Shown one piece after another: positions 50,993 to 64,000 of a stretch of DNA of 64,000 nt; within the stretch, counting starts at the first letter, position 1, and every line of letters starts with the position of its first letter. The translations under genes were made by a program, and so were the position numbers. The stretch lies in assembly GCA_951406725.2 (NCBI GenBank), contig OX597835.1, positions 12,772,001 to 12,836,000 of the forward strand, in the 5' to 3' direction. The DNA comes from Octopus vulgaris (Eukaryota). Below the pieces are notes generated by a model. The model was not told the origin of the DNA, ran no database searches, and saw only the letters and a program-made list of their open reading frames with translations.

Positions 50993-51826
50993 GTACTTTG
51001 CACTGAACCGAGATGTAAAGACAAGTCTATCTTTGAAGATGCTATCATCATTCACAACTGCTGCAAAAGGGGAGAAGTGACTATGCAGAGTAGAGATGCG
51101 TTGCAGAAATATCTAACACCATATTCTTCAAAGTCAATATGTGTATGCATCTTCTTTGGAATGAAATTATGAAATATCTTAGGAAAAGATCAATGAACAG
51201 ATGTGATGTAACCATGTTAAAGGCCATGCAGTATCTTCGCCTGTCAAGAATTAATAGCCTGCAGTTTGACAAGAGAAACCCGTCAAGTCCATTTCAATGA
51301 GAGAGAAATCTTGAGAAAACAGTCTCCATGAAGATAGGGAGGGCAGAAAAATCAATTAATATGATAAGTAGCCAAAAGAAAAAAGAAAAGGTTAGTCACC
51401 TGTAACTTTGGAATATGTTGATCCTTTGAAAATTAATGTACTGATTACAGGTGATAGTTTAAAGTATTAACTTTCAATTGATCAGTGAAAATGGTTCGTT
51501 TAATATCGTTCATGCAAATCAAATTTAAATGTCAACTTTGAAAGAAGTATATCACTTGGACCCCTGGAAAGGCAGAGGCAAGCAGGCGGATGGCTGGATG
51601 GCTGGCTGGGTTGGTCGGAGCAAGATTGGATTAATTGGATGAAGATACCATTTGACTAACTTGAAAAGCAGCCATTGTAATTGACTATCAAGGAAAATGG
51701 TTGGAGATAGCGCAGCTAGAACTAATTCTAACAATGGTCACTAACTGAACCATGAAGCATATTCAATACTGCAGCCAAGGACAGAGATATGTGGAATGGA
51801 ATCTTAGAATCTTGATGGATGTCTTG

Positions 51827-51890
<64 letters not shown>

Positions 51891-53649
51891 GTATGTACAT
51901 ATGTCAGTGAATATTCTGCCAATTCCTAACTTTTAAGACTTCTAAAAGTAGCTCAAGGCAGTGAACTGGCAGAGTCATTAGATTCTTAAATAGACTACCT
52001 TGCATTATTTGTTCAAGCTTGCAGCATTCTGAGTTTGAATCTCACAGACCAATTTCAAATTCCTCACTGACCAAATTCCATCCTCTTTCTTATCTTTTCT
52101 CCTTTTGTCTTTGGTAGTTGATTTGTTTTGGTTCTGATGAAGATAATATTGTGGAGGTGGTTGCCTATATTTTTCATTCACATGTTCAATCAATTTTATT
52201 GATAAAATTCAGTCATGAATACATCCAAATTCATATCTGAAACAGCTGTAAGGCTATAATAAGGAAGTAATTGTATATAATGCATTATTTCTGGTTATTT
52301 TAAGCAATCATGGATTTACAAATTTGACAAGTGATGTACTTTGACTTTGGCTTTCAGCTTCAGATTAGCTGAAGTATGGATCATAAGATTTTTTTGTTAG
52401 CTTACCTGAAGCATAATATGGATCATAAAACTTTTTTGTTAGCCTGGTGTATTTTTAACTACAGAAAGCTTAAGAGGTATTTCACCAGGATTAATATTCC
52501 TAATAAACCCCTCCTTGTTTTGATATATATTTATATCTATATTTTATATGTATGCTAATGTTGCTGTAATAACTATTATGTTACTAATAATATTATGAAA
52601 CAGCTGTAAACACCTATTCTCTCACCTCATTTCTCATATCTGCTCTTTCTCCCCATCTCTCTCCCCCCTCTTCTCCCCATCTCTCTCTCCCTCTCCTCTT
52701 CTCTCCCCCTCTCATCTTCTCTCTCTCCCCTCTCCTCGTCTCTCTCTCTCCCCTCTCCTCTCCACTTCTCTCTCTCCCTCCTCTCTCTATATATTTGTGT
52801 ATTAAGTTTCCACTGGTTTCATGTTTGGAAATACTTCAACAATCATCAAGCCTATCACATGGAGACATGAGAGTTTGTCTCCATTTTGGATTACAACATC
52901 ATGTGACAGGCTTGAAAATTATTGAGGTATTCCTTAACATGAAACCAATGTTAGCTTTAATATACGAATAAAGCATCTTAATCCACCCATACCATGTTGA
53001 GCACTCACTCTCATCGTTCAATATTTATGTATATATGTATATATATGAATAATATACATCTTGTCCAGTAAATTTCAAATGTATGAAGTGATTATAACTT
53101 CTATACCATAATCTCATAGATTCACTTCTATCTAATTGCAGGGGGGAAAATAACTATAAAAATAAAAACTGAAAATGATGATAACAATAAAAGTGAAAAA
53201 ATGATACACAAAAGATTAAAATGCTAAAAAAAAAACTGTTGTGATAGAAACCAAAAAACATGAAAAAAATGTTAAAAAGCAAGAAATATACACACATATA
53301 TAAAAAAAAAATGTGTGTCTTCTGATTACTTATCTATAGTTAATCGATCAGAAATTTCAGTTTTAAATGTCTGTCGGCTGAAAGTATGAATATGTTTGAA
53401 AAAAAAAAATAATAAATAACAAATTCTTGGAATGAAAAAATACGAAAAATACCAAAAAAAAAAATTATAAAACCTATATTCTTACTCAGCAGCAGAAGTA
53501 ATTAAAGAAGAGGAAATCAATTGAAATTCTTATTTCTATAATAATCCGACCAACTTAGATTCCAACTGGAATAATTTTTGATGCTGTCTTTTTTTTTTTT
53601 TTACCAAAGAACAGAAGTTGTTACAGCTATAGGCACCAGGTGAGGGCTC

Positions 53650-53983
53650 TCTTTCTTGCTTTTTCCTTTTTTTCTTGCTGTCTTCTTTCCGTCTTTTTTT
53701 TCCTTGCTTCATCATTTCTCGCTTCGCCATTTCTTGGTTTCTTTCTTTCTTTCTTTCTTTTTCTTTTTTCCTTTCCTTCCTTCCTTCCTTCTTTCCTTCT
53801 GTCTTTCTTTTCTTTCTTTGTTTATGACTTTCATTTTTCTTTTATCCTTTCACTTCTTTCTTTCTTTCTTTCTTTCTTACTTTCCTTCTCTATCTATCTG
53901 TCTGTCTGCCTGCCTGACTGTCTGTCTACCTATCTTTTTCTTTCCCTTTTTTTTCTTTGTCTACCTTTCCTTCTCTTTCTTTT

Positions 53984-54040
<57 letters not shown>

Positions 54041-54075
54041 CTATCCGTCTGTCTATCTATCTATCTATCTATCTA

Positions 54076-54153
<78 letters not shown>

Positions 54154-54245
54154 AATCTATCTACCTACCTACCTACTTACCATTTTTTATTTCCTTCTTT
54201 CTGCCTGCCTTCCTTCCTTCCTTCCTTCTTTCCTTCCTTCCATTC
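53650..54245. repeat. Polypyrimidine (TTTC)/(TCTA)/(TTCC)n block
   Basis: Visible. Confidence 0.9.
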
Positions 54246-54608
54246 ACTCCTTCCTCTCGTTGATTCATTCATTCCTGGCAGGTGTTCTCACACACCAATC
54301 CAAGAACAATAACAACCTCGTTCTTACAAGTCTCCAAGAACCTACACAGGGCAAAAGTCACAGATAGTTTCTCCCCTCCTGGGTCAGCAAATACAAAACA
54401 AAAAGAATAAATAATAATTATTAAGTAGATGTGCATTTATCAACTCCTTGCGTAGTCCCATCGCCCTCCCCCCACCCAGGGTTTGATATCGACCACTCTG
54501 GAAACCCTTGGTCTAGCGTAATTAAGTTAAGTGATGTGAACCTTCACTTCACAGCTTTAAGCCCAGAGATGCAAGATAACACTGATTCATTCTGTATAGG
54601 CACAAGGC

Positions 54609-54644
<36 letters not shown>

Positions 54645-54700
54645 AAACATATATATATATATACATATAAATATTTTTTCAGGATTAAATAAATAAATAA

Positions 54701-54743
<43 letters not shown>

Positions 54744-54748
54744 TATAT

Positions 54749-54782
<34 letters not shown>

Positions 54783-54822
54783 GTATATATATATGTATAT
54801 ACATATATACATACACACACAC

Positions 54823-54854
<32 letters not shown>

Positions 54855-54872
54855 GTATATACATATATACAT

Positions 54873-54967
<95 letters not shown>

Positions 54968-55034
54968 AATATATATTTTTCTTTTTCAGGATTAAATACA
55001 GGATTAAATATATATATATACATATATATATATA

Positions 55035-55247
55035 CAGCGTAGCCCAAAAGTAGGTTTACAGTTATCACGTAGGCACATTAAATTTCTTTTAAAACATTTT
55101 ATTACATTTGAATTTCTATTTTACAATTAACTAAATTAGCAAAACTAAATTAGCAATGGTTTCATGTATTTTTATAATTAAGATTTAAACTGCTAATACA
55201 TGAAAGAGATTGTTGAATAACTGTAAACCTACTTCTGGATCACCCTG
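55035..55247. mobile_element. Tc1/mariner-type MITE
   Basis: TIRs CAGCGTAGCCCAAAAGTAGGTTTACAGTTAT and ATAACTGTAAACCTACTTCTGGATCACCCTG; left flank TA, right flank TG (imperfect TA TSD). Confidence 0.8.
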
Positions 55248-55345
55248 TGTGTGTGTATATATATATACATATATTTGTATGCTTTTGATGTTCTCATTTG
55301 TAAAATGAATAAATAATCTAACATTATAATATCCGTATACAGGTA

Positions 55346-55590
55346 GTGAAGGTGCATAGCCTTGTGGTTAGAGTGTTTCACCCATGAATTTCGAGATTGT
55401 GGGTTTGGTCCCCAGACTAGGCAGTGCATTGAGTTCTTGAGCAAAGCACTTCATTTCACGTTGCTCTGCATCCATTTCGACATCTGACATGTGCAATTTT
55501 GCGCACCTGAACAGGTAATGTTGATTTGATGGAGAGGGTGAGATTATGTGCAACACAAGACACTTGTTCACAAGAAACTGTGGGAACCTC
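55346..55590 (+). mobile_element. SINE with a family D-type head
   Basis: GTGAAGGTGCATAGCCTTGTGGTTAGAG...TTCTTGAGCAAAGCACTTCATTTCACGTTGCTC. Confidence 0.7.
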
Positions 55591-55596
55591 ATCTGT

Positions 55597-56000
<404 letters not shown>

Positions 56001-56483
56001 GGAGGAACATAAATGTAAGGGAAAAAGTATTTGAAGTTTTTTTTTTTTTGTTTGGTCACATGGGGCGTGAATGAAGAATGCTAAAATAAAAGACAGGATA
56101 TCAAATATCAACATGTGTAACGATTTAAGCACACAAAATAAAGATATGATAATCAATGACTTGTTCAATTGGATTATGTTTCATATTAAGACAAACTGAA
56201 CAGACATAGACAAGGACCAACCCTGCTGTTTCTCATTCTGGGTAAGAACTGTTGTTGCACAGGAAGGGGGTTTTCCACTGTAGCAGTCAGCTGGCAAAAG
56301 TCTCATACAGCATGACTAAATCACAACTTTAAACAATTGAAACCAGTAGCATATTTTGTTAAAAGTGTAAATATTTTCTTCTTTTTGTTCATAATAAAGT
56401 TCTCAAAGCATTTTCTCCTTTTGTTTTATATATATATATATATAGATAGATAGATAGTTATATGTATGTAGGTATGTGTGTGT

Positions 56484-56536
<53 letters not shown>

Positions 56537-56651
56537 CATATATATATTGGCCTTGCGCCAATTTCAAAGAACATATGTGTGTGTGTATCTGTAGATGTAT
56601 ATGCATTTGTTTATGCTTTGGCATGTATGTATATGCGTGTGTTTGTGTCTG

Positions 56652-56684
<33 letters not shown>

Positions 56685-56882
56685 CCACCTTTGCCTGGAG
56701 GTAGATCTGTAAATATAAAGTTATAATTTAACACCAAACAACCATTCACTTCGTAGAACAAACATCTTCTGTTCATTGATTTTTCTTCAGAAATAATTTC
56801 TCTATTTTCTAAAACAATATTTAATAAGTTTGGTTGGACCAAGTTCTTATTTGATTAACCTGTCTGCTGCATATGACACAAG

Positions 56883-56925
<43 letters not shown>

Positions 56926-56948
56926 TACATATATACATACATATATAT

Positions 56949-57000
<52 letters not shown>

Positions 57001-57016
57001 GCATGTGTGTGTAAAT

Positions 57017-57095
<79 letters not shown>

Positions 57096-57247
57096 ATACA
57101 TATATATATGTGTATATGTATATATATACATATATATGTATAATATATAATACATATACATATATAGATATATGTACATATGTATATAGATACGTATATA
57201 TATGTATATGTATGTATGTATATACATATGTATATATGTGTATATAT

Positions 57248-57570
57248 AGGAGCACTCCGTTGGTTATGACGACATGGGTCTCAGCTGATGCGATCAACGG
57301 AAGAGCCTGTTAGTGAAATTAGCATGCAAGTGACTGAGAACTCCACAGACATGCATACCCTTAATATAGTTCTCAGGGAGATTCAGCGGGACACAAAATG
57401 TGACAAGGCCGGCCCTTTGAAATACAGGTACAGCTCATTTTTGCCAGAGTGGACTGGAGCAACGGGAAATAAAGTGTTTTTGCTCAAGGACACAATGCGT
57501 TGCCAGGAATTGAACTCTTGACCTTACAATCGTGAGCCGAATGCCCTAACCACTAAGCCATGCGCCTTCA
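57248..57570 (-). mobile_element. SINE family D, full length
   Basis: Matches 4195-4518. Confidence 0.85.
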
Positions 57571-57900
57571 CATGTGTATATATACTTATATATATATATA
57601 TAGTATAAGGCGGCGAACTGGCAGAAACGTTAGCCTCGAACTTATTCTTTTTGCTAAACCGCTAAGTCATGTATATGTAAACACTCCAGCACCAGTTGTC
57701 AAACAGTGGTGAAGGTCAAACACACACACATACACAAACACACACAGGTATATTTATACGACTGACTACTTTCAGTTTCCATCAACCAAATCCACTCACA
57801 AAGCTTTGGTCAGCCTAAGACTACAGTAGAAGACACTTGTCCAACGTGCCATGCAGTGGGACTGAACCCAGAACCATGAGGTTGGGAAGCAAACTTCTTA

Positions 57901-58502
57901 TTTCTTTATTACCCTCAAGGGGTTAACCATAGCAGGGACAAACAAGGACAGGCGAAGGGATTAAGTCGATTACATCGACCCCAGTGCGTAACTGGTACTT
58001 AATTTATTGACCTCGAAAGGATGAAAGGCAAAGTCGACCTCAGCAGAATTTGAACTCAGAACGTAATGACAGGCGAAATACCTAATTCTTTACTACCCAC
58101 AAGGCGGTAAACACAGAAAGGACAAACAAGGACAGACAAAGGGATTAAGTCGATTACATCGACCCCAGTGCGTAACTGGTATTTAATTTATTGACCTCGA
58201 AAGGATGAAAGGCAAAGTCGACCTCAGCAGAATTTGAACTCAGAACGTAGCGGCAGACGAAATACCTATTTCTTTACTACCCACAAGGGGGTAATAAACA
58301 CAGAAAGGACAAACAAGGACAGACAAATGGATTAAGTCGATTAAATCAACCCCAGTGCATAACTGGTACTTATTTAATCGACCCCGAAATGATGAAAGGC
58401 AAAGTCGACCTCGGTGGAATTTGAACTCAGAACGCAGCGGCAGAAGAAATACTGCTAAGCATTTTGCCTGGCGTGCTAACGTTTCTGCCAGTTCACCACC
58501 TT
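57901..58502 (-). mobile_element. Trimeric family C SINE nested in a family A copy (57638-58540), 18-bp TSD
   Basis: Three ~183-bp units with a single head; TSD TGGGAAGC(A/G)AACTTCTTA at 57883-57900 and 58506-58523. Confidence 0.88.
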
Positions 58503-58946
58503 TTGTGGGAAGCGAACTTCTTACCACACAGCCATCCTTGCACCGAAATGGACTAAATCCCCCCCCCCACCAACCCCAACCCCTGAATTCATGTGTTTGG
58601 GGCTTGGAGAGGGAGGTTCTTATCCATGCAGCCATTCCTACACCCCCCCCCCCACACACCTACGTTGTACGCAAGATGCGTGGAAAAGAAACTCAGATGA
58701 AATCATCACAGCTTGAATGTTTTTTTTGATCATTGATGTTTGATCTGGTCAAACCTGGGGCTAAATAAACAAACAACGTTTAATGTTTGTTTGTATTTGT
58801 GTGTTTTTTTTTAAAACCTATCATGTTGAGATCTAATCCAACCACTTCTTCCTCAATACCTTTTATATCTCTTACAGCAACAACAGCAACAACAACAAGA
58901 ACAACAACAGGTGGGGAAAGTAAAAGCAGTACTGCTGCTGTTTCTA

Positions 58947-60030
58947 GTGGTGGCGGCGGTGGTTGTTGTTGATGTTGGTGGTGGTGGTGGTGGTGGTGGC
59001 AGTAGTGGAGATGGGGATGATGATGGTGGTGGAGTGTGGTGGTGGTGGTGGTGGTGGTGGTGGTAGTGGTTGTGGTGGTGGTGGTGGTGGTGGTGGTGGC
59101 TGTGGTCATGGTGATGATGATGGTGGTGGAGTGTGGTGGTGGTGGTGGTGGCTGTGGTCATGGTGATGATGATGGTGGTGGAGCATGGTGGTGGAGCATG
59201 GTGGTGGTGGCTGTGGTCATGGTGATGATGATGGTGGTGGTGGCTGTGGTCATGGTGATGATGATGGTGGTGGAGTGTGGTGGTGGTGGTGGTGGCTGTG
59301 GTCATGGTGATGATGATGGTGGTGGAGCATGGTGGTGGAGCATGGTGGTGGAGCATGGTGGTGGAGCATGGTGGTGGAGCATGGTGGTGGAGCATGGTGG
59401 TGGTGGCTGTGGTCATGGTGATGATGATAGTGGTGGAGTGTGGTGGTGGTGGTGGTAGCTGTGGTCATGGTGATGATGATGGTGGTGGTGGCTTTGGTCA
59501 TGGTGATGATGATGGTGGTGGAGTGTGGTGGTGGAGTGTGGTGGTAGTGGTGGTGGCTGTGGTCAGGGTAATGATGATGGTGGTGGAGCGTGGCGGAGGT
59601 GGCGGTGGTGGTGGCTGTGGTCATGCTGGTTGTGGCTGAAGTAACGATGGTGGTGGTGCTGGTGGTGATATTGGCAGTAGCAGTGATGGTGGTGATGGCA
59701 GTGATGGCTGTGGTGGTGGTTGCAGTGGTAGTGGTAATGGTGGCAGTTGCAGTGTTGGTGTTGATGGTAGTGGTGGAGTCAGTGGTGATGGTGGTGGCTG
59801 TTGCAGTGGTGATCGTGGCAGTGGCAGTTGCAGTGTTGGTGCTGATGGTAGTGGTGGAATCCGTGGTGGTGGTGGTGGTGTTGGTGGTTGTCATAGTAGT
59901 GCTACAGGTGGTAGTAGCCGCAGTAATGCTGGTGGTGGTGGTGGTGGTAGGGATGGGGTGGTAGTCGCAGTAGTTGTTGTTGTTGTTGATGGTGGTGGTG
60001 GTGGTGGAGGTGGAGGTGGTGGTGCAGGTG
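58947..60030. repeat. (GGT)n-rich block with higher-order GGCTGTGGTCATGGTGATGATGAT and GGTGGTGGAGCAT units
   Basis: Visible. Confidence 0.92.
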
Positions 60031-60233
60031 GCGGTGTTTGCTGTGTGACCAGAACCAACAAACCATCAACAAAATGAAGTGAAGGTCATATCTGTCGGCA
60101 ACCACTTCCAGACAGATGTGATTTGTCTAGACCGGTGAGGTTACTAATTAGAGGGATAGCTAATTGGTTAATTACTGTCAATGGAAAATGAGGCCAAGAG
60201 AGTGAAATAGAGAGAAACACAGATGCAGAGAGA

Positions 60234-60269
<36 letters not shown>

Positions 60270-60410
60270 CAGAAACAGCCAAAGATCATGTTAAGATCAT
60301 CTTTGTAACTTTGATTAACTTGAGGTTAATATTTATTTGAAAGTCATAGAGGACTTTCAATTTCCTGCTGTAGATCAAATAATATATCTATCTGTCTGGG
60401 TGTCTGTCTG

Positions 60411-60444
<34 letters not shown>

Positions 60445-60447
60445 AAT

Positions 60448-61358
60448 AGGTGCAGCAGTGGCTGTGTGGTAAGTAGCTTGCTTACCAGCCACATAGTTCC
60501 GGGTTCATTCCCACTATGTGGCACCTTGGGCAACTGTCTTCTATTATAGTCTCGGGCTGATCAAAGCTTTGTGAGTGGATTTGGTAGAGGGAAACTGAAA
60601 GAAGCCCGTCATATATATGTATATATGCAAGTGGCACGTAAAAAGCACCCACTACACTCATGGAGTGGTTGGCGTTAGGAAGGGCATCCAGCTGTAGAAA
60701 CACTGCCAGATAAGACCAGAGCCTGGTGCAGTCTTCTGGCTTTCCAGATCCCCGGTCGAACTGTCCAGCCCATGCTAGCATGGAGAACGGACGTTAAACA
60801 ATGATGATGATGATGATGATGATGATGATATATATATATATATATATATATATAAAGGGCGGCGAGCTGGCAGAAACGTTAGCACGCCGGGCGAAATGCG
60901 TAGCCGTATTTCGTCTGTCGTTACATTCTGAGTTCAAATTCCGCCGAGGTCGACTTTGCCTTTCATCCTTTCGGGGTCGATAAATTAAGTACCAGTTTCG
61001 CACTGGGGTCGATGTAATCGACTTAATCCCTTTGTCTGTCTTTGTTTGTCCCCTCTATGTTTAGCCCCTTGTGGGTAGCAAAGAAATATATATATATATA
61101 TATGTATGTATGTATATATATGTGTATATATATATGTGTGTGTGTGTATATGTTTGCGTGTCTATGTTTGTCCCCCAACCATCGCTTGACAACCAATGCT
61201 GGTGTGTTTACATCCCCGTAACTTAGCGGTTCAACAAAAGACACCGACAGAATAAGTACTAGGCTTGCAAAGAATAAATCCTAGCGTCGATTTGCTTGAC
61301 TAAAGGTGGTGCTCCAGCATGGACACAGCAGCCAAATGACTGAAACAAGTAAAAGAGC
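60448..61358 (+). mobile_element. SINE family A split by nested family B (60628-60828) and family C (60857-61088) copies
   Basis: Family A halves at 60448-60612 and about 61140-61358. Confidence 0.87.
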
Positions 61359-61579
61359 ATCTATCGTTTGACTAAAGTCCTGCAAGGGGGCGCCCCAGCA
61401 ATATTGCAGATTTGTAAGTAATTTATTAATAAATGAAATAACGACAATATATGTTATTCACATGTTTTTCAGTTATAAAACAAATATGTCGTGATATTTG
61501 GATTTCTCTTTTGTTAAATAAAAGTTTATGTAAACATCTCTCTGTCATTTATGACTTAATACACATACACATATATTGG

Positions 61580-62560
<981 letters not shown>

Positions 62561-62830
62561 ACTTATTTTAATGTAGCTTTTCTATACTTTGCATGGATGA
62601 GACAAGGAAATTCATTGAGGCAGATTTTACGCAGCCAGATGCCCTTCCTGTTGCTAACCCTCGCCTGTTTCCTAACGGTTAATATTTCCCCATAGCTGAA
62701 CATGTTTTTCATGAAAGATGCCAAACAACCAGCATCAACTTGCATGATAACAGTGATGATACTCATTTACAATGTCATGTGATATAAAGATTAGGTCACA
62801 CACACATGCACCCCCTCACACACACACACA

Positions 62831-62865
<35 letters not shown>

Positions 62866-62904
62866 GTATTTGTATGTGTGTGTGTGTGTGAGTGTATTTT
62901 TTTA

Positions 62905-63300
62905 TTCCTTTATTTCTTTCAGTTGTTTGAACAAATCGATTCCAGGACTTATTCTTTGTAAGCCTAGTACTTATTCTATTGGTCTCTTTTGCTGAACCTC
63001 TAAGTTACGGGGACATAAACACACCAGCGTCGGTTGTCAAGCAATGTTGGGAGGGGGGAGACAAACACAGACATACAAACATATACATACATGCATACAT
63101 AATACATATATATATATATATAAACAACAGGCTTCTTTCAGTTTCCATCTTCTAGATCCACTCACGAGGCTTTCGCTGGCCTGAGGCTTTCACTGGCTCG
63201 AGGCTATAGTAGAATACACCTGCCCAAGGTACCATGCAGCTGGACTGAACCCGGAACCATGTGGTTGGTAAGCAAGATACTTACCACACATCCTCTCTTG
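62905..63300 (-). mobile_element. SINE family A
   Basis: Reverse complement of family A. Confidence 0.85.
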
Positions 63301-63534
63301 TGTCTATGTGTATATATATATATATACCATCATCAGCAGCAGCATCAGCTTCAACTTCATCATAATTTAGCATCCATTTTCCATGCTAGCATGGGTTGGA
63401 TGGTATGACAAGAGCTGGGCTGCTGAAGAGCTACCCAAAGCTGAAGAGCTATGGATGTTGTACATTTTATACACCAAACTGTGCCATGTTTATGGCACAA
63501 TTTATATATATTTGATGGAAATCGTTAATGTTTC

Positions 63535-63735
63535 AAATTTTGGCACAAGACCAGCAATTTCTGAAGAGGGACTTATTTGATTACATTAACCCCAGTGCTC
63601 AACTGGTATTTATTTTATTGACCCCTTAAAGGGATGAAAGCCAAAACTAACCTATGTGGAATTTGAACCCAGAATGTAAAGACAGATGAAATACCGTTAA
63701 GCATCTTGTCCAGCATGCTAATACTTCAGTTCTGC
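63535..63735 (-). mobile_element. Diverged family C-related SINE
   Basis: CCCCAGTG...ACTGGTATTTATTTTATTGACCCC...GGATGAAAGCC...GGAATTTGAACCCAGAA. Confidence 0.7.
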
Positions 63736-64000
63736 TCGTACACCATCTTACATCGTAAATATGTTATTAACATATTGTAAAACATGGTATAAACACATTG
63801 TTAGCATTGTAAAATATGTGGTAGGGTTGATGTGAAACACAATACGTAAGATGAATTTGAATGAGGGGAACATTAAGTTTCTTATCTCAATAACTCCTGA
63901 CCTAAATGCTGTCATAACATACGATCCCCCATTTTATGTTCATGCTTGGTTATGTGAGGATTTCAGTGTTGAGAGAAAGTGTTTATTTATAGAGAAGAAC

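Noticed and set aside
52277-52297. Resemblance to miR-277 (TAATGCATTATTTCTGGTT)
   Set aside because: The seed differs and the local hairpin is too short, with a 3-nt loop.
52395-52510. Minus-strand exon ending at CAG|GTAAG
   Set aside because: Candidate acceptors give stop codons in the frames examined.

Overview
Eukaryotic, AT-rich, extremely repeat-dense non-coding DNA (large intron or intergenic region). The very high microsatellite load and the tRNA-derived SINE families point to an octopus (coleoid cephalopod) genome; this is an inference from repeat content. I found no convincing intact protein-coding gene. Nearly all listed ORFs are translations of microsatellites, SINEs or satellites. 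Recognisable content: dozens of SINE copies from about 5 families (labels A-E are mine, several nested with target-site duplications); fossil LINE fragments (R4/Dong-like in a TAA array, RTE, CR1, Tx1/L1, Penelope-like); Tc1/mariner fragments (DD34D, DD37D-like) and MITEs; a non-autonomous Helitron; a 213-bp tandem array that captured a SINE fragment; and a 2.6-kb higher-order satellite. The most notable unexplained signals are structured-RNA candidates: an ungapped 128-bp hairpin with a strong + strand G:U bias (42936-43234), other long hairpins, and five minimal or degenerate hammerhead-ribozyme-like motifs. All base-pair counts were done by hand, and repeat boundaries are approximate unless a TSD or terminus is quoted.
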